Virus record (IMG/VR): IMGVR_UViG_3300033072_000232
Coordinates: 17,777 to 81,776 of that record
Reading direction: 5' to 3' (one strand)
Length of the DNA: 64,000 nucleotides
From: a virus
Lineage: Duplodnaviria > Caudoviricetes
The notes below the pieces were generated by a model. That model worked only from the letters and a program-made list of their open reading frames with translations, ran no database searches and was not told the origin of the DNA. Shown here piece by piece: positions 40,919-50,204 of the stretch. The translations under genes were made by a program, and so were the position numbers. Position 1 is the first letter of the stretch. Each line of letters begins with the position of its first letter.

Positions 40919-42657
40919 AATCCTTTAATTGCAATATAGTTATTGACGTTAGCTATGAACATTACTTCATATTCATCACCTTCCATAGTCAGTTTAGTAA
41001 GTTCTTCCCATTCTTTAACGCACTGCTTGACAATCTCAAGTTTATCACGATCAACCATAAATTCAAAACCATCAGTATTAGCCATTAGAATTTCTGCATT
41101 ACACTTCTGGATAACAGACTCAATCAACATCGAAAGTAACATCTGACCGCTACATGTGATGGACATTGTATACTGAGGATCATATAAAGGACTGTATTCA
41201 TTACCACTGTCACCATATGAACTGTTGAGTGCCAGCTTTAAAGCAGCATTCATTGCGGTTCCCTTAGGTGCCGCCTTGCGCTTGTCGTACAGATCAGAGT
41301 ATACCTTACAGAATGTTTGACCTAGATGTGCTGGTGCAATATTATTCTTGATGGATAAGTTTGGATAAAAACTCGCAACATCATAAGTTGCTATTACTTT
41401 TGTATCATTACTCTTATGAGTACCAGCTACAGCAGCATGTAAGCCACCTACACCATAATCAAACTGTACTCCATTGACTACTATATTAAGACCTTCAGCT
41501 TCATTCCAGCAACCCCAATAAGAAACCTTCTGCTTACGTTGCTTCTTAGGTTTACCTTTAGGTTCTCCGAATTCATCCAATGGTTGATACATGATATGCT
41601 CACCGTTTTCATCAAATACCCATTCAGTTGCTTTAAGTTCTTCTTCTTTAATCCATCCTTTTGGATGTTCTGACATAAATTCTGATAGTTCTTGTTCAGT
41701 AGGTTTCTGTTTGAATCGCTTCTGCTTAGTAATCATGTTGCAATATTTAGCAAGATCACCTAATTCAGCTTCGTCAATATCAGAAAACACACCTTTAGTT
41801 TCAGTAATTACTCTATTCTGAAACCACTGGTGTAATGCCTGAAACTCAGGACGTTCAAACTTTACGTAAGGAACTAAGCAATCTTTAATCTTAATACTAC
41901 TACGTTTAGTTTGATTGATCTTACGTCCTCGTTCTGTTTGTGTGTAACATGCACCCGGACGTTCTTTCTCCAATGATGTAATGAATAGCTGCTTACCAAT
42001 CTTACCATCATTGAAGTTAGTACAATCAAAACCAAACTCAACAGATAGGTCATCACGTAGTTGCAATGCTTCTTGACAGTAATTATAGAACTTCAGAGTC
42101 TCTGTAACATCATGCATATTATATTTCAGAACAACATCCATTTGTTCATAAGTAAGTACTGTTCCAACTGCTACAGGTAGTTCCTGAATATTATCAGAAC
42201 GCATGTTGAATTCAAGCATTTTCAGACTTGTACTTCTAGCTCTATTATCAAAGTGATTGATGAGGTATAGGTCTACTTGAGGAATTACTATATCTTCTGT
42301 TTTAATTCTAGAACCAAATCTATCATCTGGTTTCTTCTCAAACATCTTTAGCATTTCATTGTAGATTTGCTTTGCAGTTACCTTAGCTTGCTTTTCTACT
42401 TTAGCTGCCGAACGTGCTTTCTCAATAATGAAATGCAATAAAGGATAGTCAAATCCTAGATTATTAAATCCTACTAACCTACATTCTGTACGAATGCAGT
42501 TACGTAGAAACTCAAGAAGTTCAGGGAGTTGATCTTTACGGTCTGAAATTTCAAACTGAACTTTCTTTGATCCTGTTTTATATATTGCACTCATGCTAAA
42601 GAAGTTTGGATACACTTCAAGATCATAGATGAAATCTTTGTGTTTAAGTTTAGTCAA
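40915..42657 (-). CDS. DNA polymerase family B, N-terminal fragment (exonuclease plus palm)
   Basis: DLE/GFN..FD/YN..D exo motifs; YDVASFYP, KLALNSSYG, NTDG polymerase motifs. Confidence 0.85.
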   Translation of the reverse strand: MTKLKHKDFIYDLEVYPNFFSMSAIYKTGSKKVQFEISDRKDQLPELLEFLRNCIRTECRLVGFNNLGFDYPLLHFIIEKARSAAKVEKQAKVTAKQIYNEMLKMFEKKPDDRFGSRIKTEDIVIPQVDLYLINHFDNRARSTSLKMLEFNMRSDNIQELPVAVGTVLTYEQMDVVLKYNMHDVTETLKFYNYCQEALQLRDDLSVEFGFDCTNFNDGKIGKQLFITSLEKERPGACYTQTERGRKINQTKRSSIKIKDCLVPYVKFERPEFQALHQWFQNRVITETKGVFSDIDEAELGDLAKYCNMITKQKRFKQKPTEQELSEFMSEHPKGWIKEEELKATEWVFDENGEHIMYQPLDEFGEPKGKPKKQRKQKVSYWGCWNEAEGLNIVVNGVQFDYGVGGLHAAVAGTHKSNDTKVIATYDVASFYPNLSIKNNIAPAHLGQTFCKVYSDLYDKRKAAPKGTAMNAALKLALNSSYGDSGNEYSPLYDPQYTMSITCSGQMLLSMLIESVIQKCNAEILMANTDGFEFMVDRDKLEIVKQCVKEWEELTKLTMEGDEYEVMFIANVNNYIAIKGL

Positions 42658-42693
42658 AATTACTCCTTTAAGTTTTTCTTGATTCTACCATAA

Positions 42694-42719
42694 AGAAAAC
42701 CCGCACGAAGCGGGTTTAG
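42694..42719 (-). terminator. terminator after primase-helicase
   Basis: AAACCCGC-TTCG-TGCGGGTTTTCTTT on minus strand. Confidence 0.75.
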
Positions 42720-42720
42720 C

Positions 42721-44472
42721 TTAAAAATCAATCACAACATCACGCTGTACTTTTGATTGTTCTACTTCTGCAACACTACCAACAGTCTGTTCCAAGTAAG
42801 GATTAGCCATAGGTAGAAGCATCGTAGTACTGTGGTCATACCTCAACCAACCAGCTTCGCCAGTGTTACCAGTTCGTCTGCATTTTACAAGCTGTAGCTT
42901 TGTTGCTGACTTTTTGATTGGACATTCATTCATTTTATCTCTACTGATTAAGATTGTATTAAATGCAACTTGATTTATACTAGATGATCCCATCAATTGA
43001 TATTCCGATACCGAATGAGGGTTTTCTTCGGAAGGTTTCTTCATATGACTTACAGCAACAACACACGTATTAGTTTCCTTAGCAAATTTTAGCAACGTAT
43101 CCATAAAAGAAATGATAGCTGCGTTATCACTTGAGTTTACACCACATTGAATAGGGTCTATGATAATCACATCACAACCTTCAGCTTTGGCTAAGTAATT
43201 AAACTTATCAAAGATTTCATCTGTGCTGATACTACCATTATGATCTACGAATACAAACTTATCTTTCTTTGCAATTCCATCAATAAACCTTCGCTTCAAG
43301 TCATTCATATCTAGTAGTGATCTATCAGCAGTACGTAGATTCATTCCCATATCCAATGAAAGTAAATCACGAACTACTTCACGCTTAGTTCCTTCAAGAT
43401 ACATTGCACCTACTTTAAACGGTGTGTTTTCAATTAAGTGATAGACTAAGTTGGAAACAATTGTACTCTTGCCTATACTTGTCAATGCACCAATCACTGA
43501 GATTTCACCACGCTCCATTCCTCCATTCATCATATCATTTAGATGATTCCAAGCAGGTGGAAATGGAATCTTTACATTTGAATCTTCTTGTTCAAAATCA
43601 TCCCACATTTGTTCAAGGTGAAGTACATCTACTCTACTGAATGCTTCTGCTTTCCAGAAGATTTGCTTCAATTCTGAACCTCTACCTTGCTTCAATAGGT
43701 CACAGGCATCTTTAATATCTCTTGGGAATTTAGCAATATACGCTTTACCATGAGTAAGTAATCGTGCTGCTTCTTCAAGGTATCGTTGTCCGGGTTCATC
43801 ATTATCAAATGCAAGAATTACTTTCTCAAATGAATTGATATATTCGTAGTTTGCTTTGAATTGCTTGATAATACTACCGTCACCAGCAGTAACAGAAACA
43901 CAAGGTGTCCAGTACTCAGTACTGTCTTTACCACTGCGAAGTACTTCAGCAAAAGCCATAGCATCTTCTTCTCCTGTAGTAACTACAAGATACTTCTGAC
44001 CTGATTGAAATACAGCTTGACCAAACAACTCGTTAGTAGCTTTTGTATTACCAATACCAATGAAGGTTTTAGGACAAGTACGTTTCTTGTAACCTACTAC
44101 TTTACCATCTGAAGTAATCGGATAGTGTCGTGAAACTACATCATATTTATCTTGTACTTCGGTGTGTACTCCGTATTTAGCCGAAGTAATACTTGTGATT
44201 CCACGTTCTTTCCAACCACGACAAGGAATCTCTTGAATATCTGAGAAATCTACTTCTTCTTTTTGCTTTGAACTTACTTCTGGAATTTCCATATTTACCC
44301 CATGTTCTTCTAATTGAGATTGATTGAAATATTTATGACAACTAAAACAGAATGCGTCTAGTTTAGTTTCGTCATCGTCTTGTTTTACATATACCGCCAT
44401 TGCATCACTACTGCTACAGCTAATACAAGCTGTATGATATAACAGTTCACCTTCTGTTTGATTCTTATTCAA
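42721..44472 (-). CDS. DNA primase-helicase (T7 gp4-like)
   Basis: CISC..CFSC zinc finger, TOPRIM (GEEDA, FDND), Walker A GKST, IIIDP, HMKK. Confidence 0.9.
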   Translation of the reverse strand: MNKNQTEGELLYHTACISCSSSDAMAVYVKQDDDETKLDAFCFSCHKYFNQSQLEEHGVNMEIPEVSSKQKEEVDFSDIQEIPCRGWKERGITSITSAKYGVHTEVQDKYDVVSRHYPITSDGKVVGYKKRTCPKTFIGIGNTKATNELFGQAVFQSGQKYLVVTTGEEDAMAFAEVLRSGKDSTEYWTPCVSVTAGDGSIIKQFKANYEYINSFEKVILAFDNDEPGQRYLEEAARLLTHGKAYIAKFPRDIKDACDLLKQGRGSELKQIFWKAEAFSRVDVLHLEQMWDDFEQEDSNVKIPFPPAWNHLNDMMNGGMERGEISVIGALTSIGKSTIVSNLVYHLIENTPFKVGAMYLEGTKREVVRDLLSLDMGMNLRTADRSLLDMNDLKRRFIDGIAKKDKFVFVDHNGSISTDEIFDKFNYLAKAEGCDVIIIDPIQCGVNSSDNAAIISFMDTLLKFAKETNTCVVAVSHMKKPSEENPHSVSEYQLMGSSSINQVAFNTILISRDKMNECPIKKSATKLQLVKCRRTGNTGEAGWLRYDHSTTMLLPMANPYLEQTVGSVAEVEQSKVQRDVVIDF

Positions 44473-44584
44473 TATCTCTCTTTATTTAAATATCACAATA
44501 GCCTTAAATGTATCCAATAATACACCTTATCTTACTTAACGATTGTTATTAGATACATTAGTTTCTTATTGAAAATACCATTAA

Positions 44585-46316
44585 CTAAACATCCTTGTTT
44601 GCAAGCCAAGATTTATAACAAGATTCCTTAAAACTATTTATCATAGCTAATCTAGACTTAACTACAGTATCATAATCTAATTCATGAATAGTAATACCAT
44701 TAAAGCCACTTCGACTGAAGTCGGTGCTATCGGGGTAGAATAAACTACCATAAGGTACTACAATAAAATCGTCAGACATATGTTGCATTTCATGTAGTTC
44801 ATATCTGTAACATTGAGTATTGTCAGGCCATAGGATAATATCCTCTAGGCACTTGTATACTTTATTCATTGTGTTCTTTCAGTAAATTTCTCACCTCATC
44901 TTTAAGTCTAGATTGCTTTCTGTGACTTTCAATGTATTCTCTAAAATAATCAATACAATTACTCACAACTCGGTGCTCTCGTTTTTGTATCAAGCTTTGA
45001 AATAGTCCAGATAGATTGTTTTCTTCAAGATAATTCTCGAAGTACTTAGTACTTTCTTCAAAATCCTTACGCGCTGCTTCCAGAATTCTTTGTTGGTGTA
45101 GTTCAGAATCTTCCCGTGCTTTTACAGCTTTTGGATCATCTGAGTTAAACCAATTATACCATTTCCGCATGTCTTCTGCATCAAAATCAGTCTTAAATTG
45201 TGATTCCATGATTATTCCTTATGTGAAATCAGAGCATCATCTAAACGAGAAGTAATACACCATTTGATAAAATCATTCTTAGTTTTTCCTGCTGAATCTA
45301 AAGCAATCCAACCATAACCATTGCATTCAGAATATTTACTATATAGTTTTGCAATTACGCTAAAATCAACTCCAAGAAATATAGAGTTACCTTTGACAAT
45401 CTGCTTGATTGTGTGTAGTTGGAAACTTTCTAGATTGTTCATATTGTTCTTTCAATAGATTTTACTTCATCTTAAAGTATAGATTCTTATAATCTACAAC
45501 TTCACCATTCACCTTTAGGACATAAGGAGGAAGCCTCAGCCTTGATACGCAATGCCTTATTACTTCGTCAGGAAGTTCTGTGTAGATTTCAATAGTACCC
45601 CATTGATGAGGTAGATAAGACATCCTAAATGTATTTTGATCTCGATATGTACAAAATACAATTCTATTATCAGCGATAATTAAAGACCTATCCCTATAAG
45701 ACACTTTGACTAACTCTGAACCAGATTTATTTATCAGCATCTTAAACGGAATGTCACGATCTCTTTCCGTCTGATAAACCTTTAATGTAGTCGTGATTCC
45801 ATCAGTATTGTAGTTCATGGTATTACTTAATCAAAGGACAACTATCATTAGGCTTCAGGAATTGAAACCCTTCGGTGTACTGAAGAATCTCATACTGATC
45901 CCATCCACAGATAGCTACAGTACCCCATTTAGCTGTTTTAAGCAGCTTGCAAGTACCTTCATTTGATCTACAGGTAGGTTTACCTTCAGGGTCACGGAAG
46001 GTTTGTATTGTGATTGTTTTGTATGTTTGTGTCATTGAAAATCCTTTTCAAATCTATCATTGATTATACGCTTAATACTTCCGAAGTATTTGAGACTATC
46101 TTCAGTTTCAAGATATTCTTGAATAATATCCAGAACTAAATCCTTGGTATTACTGATAAGTAAATCAAGCTGATCGTGAGTAACTAAGTTGTGAGGAAGT
46201 TTTAGCTTCGGATCATTGTAAGTATTTCCAGTACATGAGCTGATGTACTTTAATCGTTCTTTTGTTGTTCCAAGCTCGTTAAACAATTCAGGAGATAGTT
46301 CTGATATTTTAGTCAT
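44585..46316 (-). CDS. cluster of six small hypothetical proteins
   Basis: Contiguous ORFs 44585-44869, 44862-45209, 45212-45442, 45462-45818, 45823-46035, 46032-46316. Confidence 0.55.
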
Positions 46317-46372
46317 ATGTTAACTCCAAAATAAAAGGGATTCAGTTAAGAATCCCGATTGTATCGCAGATT

Positions 46373-47863
46373 TTACATCACACCAAGTCGTGAACGAATA
46401 TCAGCGAAAGTTTCTTGATTCAGCAGAGTACCGTTCAAGAATACAGTACGAAGCAAACCTTCTTGCTCTCCGTCCTTGCTTACATCATTGTGCAGAACAA
46501 ACGTATCACCTTCTTTGGTTACCTTCAGCAAACCCTTGGCTGATTTCTTTAGACCTGAATCAGTCTTAGGGTCTTTGAAGATAGCTTGACCTTCTCCGTT
46601 GATTTCAACGTAAGTAGCTTTCATAGCAAAACCAAATGTATCGCGTGTGTTGTACTGAAAAGTATAGCTACCGATACCAAATACTACGTTATCAGAAGCA
46701 TAGCCTTTAGCTGCTAGACGTTTCAGAATCTCATCTGCACGTTGCATTGTGATGCTATCACCGTAGATCAAGCCCACACGTGGATTCAACGTCTTAAAGC
46801 CTTTGTCATTAGTTGTAGTACCAAAGATTTCAGCCAAGCACTCTACTGAGCCTTTATACTGGGAGCTACCTACTTCAGCTTCTGGATCACCACAAATAAT
46901 CTTTACAGGATCACCACTATCAGGACGGAATACTACCTTAGCAAGACCAAGAGAATCAGGAGTACGGGCAAGGATTTCTTCTTTCAGTTCTTTTGCTGTG
47001 TTAGTAATTACGTTGAAGTAGTCCCATGTATCGCTAACTATTGAAACTACACCAGAAGGATATGTTTTAATCAATTGTCGGAAAGTATCAATTTCAGAGT
47101 CCTTACCACCAGCGCACATTACTGAGTGTTCTGTAGCTGGTACTGAACCCGCAACAAAGGTTTCTTTACCATAATAGCAATCATTCACTAGCTTCAAAGC
47201 AGGGATGTTATCACTACCAGCAAAGCTCAACAAATGCCCTGCACCTGATTTAGCTGCATCATTGATACCTGACATACCACGAACAGAAAAATCGTGTCCT
47301 TGCCACATCACGAATTCCTTAGAACCACCTGTAAGTTCAGCATATTTATCAATAATTTTACGATAAGTATAACTGATAGTAGCACTTGTGCTTGCTTTCC
47401 AGAGTTCAGTACTAAGATGTGTCTCAAAGAAGTTAGGCAACCAGAATTCTTCTGATCGAGTATTAGTAATCGTGAGCACAGGTACGTTCATCTGTACTTT
47501 AGAACCTTCAGGAAGTGCCTTGATTTGCAGTGGAAGATAGCCAAGATCGTGCAATACTTCCAAGCGTTTAATATCAAAACCGTTAGGGCCACAGAAAGGA
47601 GTTACCAGTCCTGCAAATTCCTTAGTTACCTGTTCTTTGGGTTGCTTGAAGAATGTTTCATCCCATAGTTCTTTCAATTCTTGAATAAATGCTTGCAATC
47701 CAAACCATACAATAGTATTTTCTTTGTATTCAGTAGGTGCATTGAAATAAGAATTATTACGTGGAGTAAAGTTACTATAGACCTTCGTAGTTCCTTCTGG
47801 ATACTGATCAGCGTGCCCAAGTTTGTAAGAATCAATAGAAGTAAGTGCTGTTTGTTTAAACAT
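46373..47863 (-). CDS. Nampt-like protein (likely Namat of NARP1 NAD reconstitution pathway)
   Basis: DSYK, HDF..RG, PATEHSVM, RPDSGDP, IYGDSI motifs; adjacent to Prs-like gene. Confidence 0.85.
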   Translation of the reverse strand: MFKQTALTSIDSYKLGHADQYPEGTTKVYSNFTPRNNSYFNAPTEYKENTIVWFGLQAFIQELKELWDETFFKQPKEQVTKEFAGLVTPFCGPNGFDIKRLEVLHDLGYLPLQIKALPEGSKVQMNVPVLTITNTRSEEFWLPNFFETHLSTELWKASTSATISYTYRKIIDKYAELTGGSKEFVMWQGHDFSVRGMSGINDAAKSGAGHLLSFAGSDNIPALKLVNDCYYGKETFVAGSVPATEHSVMCAGGKDSEIDTFRQLIKTYPSGVVSIVSDTWDYFNVITNTAKELKEEILARTPDSLGLAKVVFRPDSGDPVKIICGDPEAEVGSSQYKGSVECLAEIFGTTTNDKGFKTLNPRVGLIYGDSITMQRADEILKRLAAKGYASDNVVFGIGSYTFQYNTRDTFGFAMKATYVEINGEGQAIFKDPKTDSGLKKSAKGLLKVTKEGDTFVLHNDVSKDGEQEGLLRTVFLNGTLLNQETFADIRSRLGVM

Positions 47864-47883
47864 TTGGTTTCCTTTCTTAATTG

Positions 47884-48633
47884 TCATTTGTTAAGAGTCA
47901 TGTCATTGTAGCAGAAAACTTTGTCAAACTTATCGAGAATAACTTGTTTTCCTTTACTAAAAATACCATGAGTAATGTAAAGGTCTACTGTTGCTGTAGT
48001 AGGGAGTATATCACGAAGTTCAGTAAATGTACGTCCACCATCGCAAATATCGTCTACGATCAATAGCTTCTTACCAAGCATCATATCATAATCCTCTGCT
48101 GATACATAAGTCTTAGTGATATTACCAGTAGCTACATCACGTTGCTTACTTGCACAGATAACAGGCTTCTGAATAGCTTTAGACAGCTTGTAGATTTTCT
48201 TCAAAGCACCAGCATCAGGTGCAATAATAAAATCATATGAATCCAAAGTATCCGAAGGTACGGTATCCATCACAGCTTCATGTTGTGGAATGATCGTCAG
48301 GTTGTTGACCAATGCCTCTACAACGTCACTGTGTGGATCTACTGTTTGTACATGATCAAATTTTTGTGAGTTAATCAGATCACAGATTACTTTCAATGAA
48401 TGACTTTCCCCTTTATTCATTACACGGTCTTGACGTGCATATGGGAAGTAGTCAATCTGCAAATTCAGTAATGCTCTAGGTGAAATCCTGCGAATTGCAT
48501 CTACTTCTAGTAGCATATCAATGAGGCTATCTGAACCTTTAAAGTCACAATGTACGGTGTACCACTGGTTATTATTTACCGTTTCTGATATTTGAACACC
48601 ACGTTCGCCTGCTGGAAATGTCCATTTTTTCAT
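47884..48633 (-). CDS. PRPP-synthetase-like protein (likely Adps of NARP1)
   Basis: FPAGE, PYARQDR, DPHS, APDAGA, VDDICDGGRTF motifs. Confidence 0.85.
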   Translation of the reverse strand: MKKWTFPAGERGVQISETVNNNQWYTVHCDFKGSDSLIDMLLEVDAIRRISPRALLNLQIDYFPYARQDRVMNKGESHSLKVICDLINSQKFDHVQTVDPHSDVVEALVNNLTIIPQHEAVMDTVPSDTLDSYDFIIAPDAGALKKIYKLSKAIQKPVICASKQRDVATGNITKTYVSAEDYDMMLGKKLLIVDDICDGGRTFTELRDILPTTATVDLYITHGIFSKGKQVILDKFDKVFCYNDMTLNK

Positions 48634-48664
48634 AGCGTAAATCCTTTATGATTTTCTTTCATAA

Positions 48665-49027
48665 TTAACTCCGTTCTTTAATACGTTGTTTGTTAATAGC
48701 AATAGCTTCTGCTGTCGGTACGTAATCCCATTGCATGTGCTTTCCGATACCAGCTAGCAGTTCTTGCTCTGGAATCTGATTGCAATTATAACCGCGTTTT
48801 TTCATTTCAGTACAAAGAGAATCATAGCGTTTAGCTATGAATTTTAGCTTATCGTAAAAATAAAGCACATGACCTGTACCCAGAGTATAAGCAGCAGGTT
48901 GTTTCTTTTTGTGCATTTCATACTGAGCTTTACGGGCAAGTCCGAATACACGTGTTATTTCGTGCTTCTCTGCTGTAAGGTGCAAGTCAGAAAGTTCTGA
49001 TGGTGGGATAACATTAATGCGAGTAAT
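48665..49027 (-). CDS. denV: pyrimidine dimer DNA glycosylase (endonuclease V), ATT start
   Basis: TRIN...EL.D.HL.AE..EI.R and YTLGTGHVLYFYDKL match T4 DenV; AGGAG SD 6 nt before ATT. Confidence 0.85.
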   Translation of the reverse strand: MTRINVIPPSELSDLHLTAEKHEITRVFGLARKAQYEMHKKKQPAAYTLGTGHVLYFYDKLKFIAKRYDSLCTEMKKRGYNCNQIPEQELLAGIGKHMQWDYVPTAEAIAINKQRIKERS

Positions 49028-49253
49028 GATTGGCTCCTAGCTGTTTAAGTTAACTGCAGTATACAGCAGAAAACCGTCAAGCAAGGATACCTGACGGTTT
49101 TCTAGGGTTATTTCTCGTTTAATAGCCAAGAATTTGATATAATTTTGAAGCTTACACGTTCCTTACTGATCATCTTAAATACCAGACCTTCTCTGGCTAC
49201 ACCAGAAGTTACATCGCTCATACCATCTGACCTTTTTCATATTCTATTTTCAT

Positions 49254-50183
49254 TTAACCTCCGCAATCTAAAAATTCACGTATACCAAGAAAAACGGGGT
49301 GCCTCGGGATTCCATCCTTCATGCCGCACTCGAAATACTTCACTTTAGCTAACTTTCCAATCAAGCTATCACGCTGATCCCACAGCTCTTTCCGTAGGTT
49401 ATCATCAAAGCCTGTACCACAACCAAACGTAGAACCGCTTGAAGCCTGAACTTCAACCCCCTTGGAAGGGCTGTTAGCCTCTAATATCAACGACCCAAGT
49501 GTATCCAGTGCAACCATACCCTCCTTGGCTGTAGACCGTGCTGTATACCCTAATTCATTGATCGTGGCTTCGTTTGTGTTGTGATATTTTGGTTCAAATC
49601 CTACAATCTTAAACTCGTTATCACTGAATAGTTTTAGTTTGAGCAGTAACCCTTCTTTAACAGAAGAACGCCCGTACTTGTACATACCTAATGGACGTTT
49701 AACCATAGCACCTTCATAACCTTCAGCTACAATACTCCTACGGAATTCTTCTAGTTCTTCTTTTGATTGCACAAGTGTCTGAGGAACAATACTTACATTA
49801 CCCGGAAGTGAATCTTGCTTTGCTTTCAATAAAGCCAACCGTTTGATAGCTTCTTGATTAACAAGAATATCAAAAGCATAAAAATCAAACTCACCTTGCT
49901 TATCAATAGACATCACAAAAGAAGTAGTCTTACGGAACACATCTTCTGATATGGGTGACCCTACAATAAACTCACCGTCCAATCCTTCAAGTACATCAGT
50001 GTTATCTTTCACCCATTTCTGAACATACAGATTAGGGATAGGTTTTAGTGACCTACTAAGAGCTACACCGTTGATAATCAGGCAGCGAATCCCATCATAC
50101 TTCGGGCTAGCATAAACAGGATATTGAATCAATGAAAGATCATCTAGTTGGGATGCGAGCATGGGCTTAAGTTGTTTAGTCAT
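49254..50183 (-). CDS. ATP-dependent DNA ligase
   Basis: KYDGIR, LDGE, EGAMVK, KLK motifs. Confidence 0.9.
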   Translation of the reverse strand: MTKQLKPMLASQLDDLSLIQYPVYASPKYDGIRCLIINGVALSRSLKPIPNLYVQKWVKDNTDVLEGLDGEFIVGSPISEDVFRKTTSFVMSIDKQGEFDFYAFDILVNQEAIKRLALLKAKQDSLPGNVSIVPQTLVQSKEELEEFRRSIVAEGYEGAMVKRPLGMYKYGRSSVKEGLLLKLKLFSDNEFKIVGFEPKYHNTNEATINELGYTARSTAKEGMVALDTLGSLILEANSPSKGVEVQASSGSTFGCGTGFDDNLRKELWDQRDSLIGKLAKVKYFECGMKDGIPRHPVFLGIREFLDCGG

Positions 50184-50204
50184 CTTGTTCTTCTTTCATT
50201 TCTT

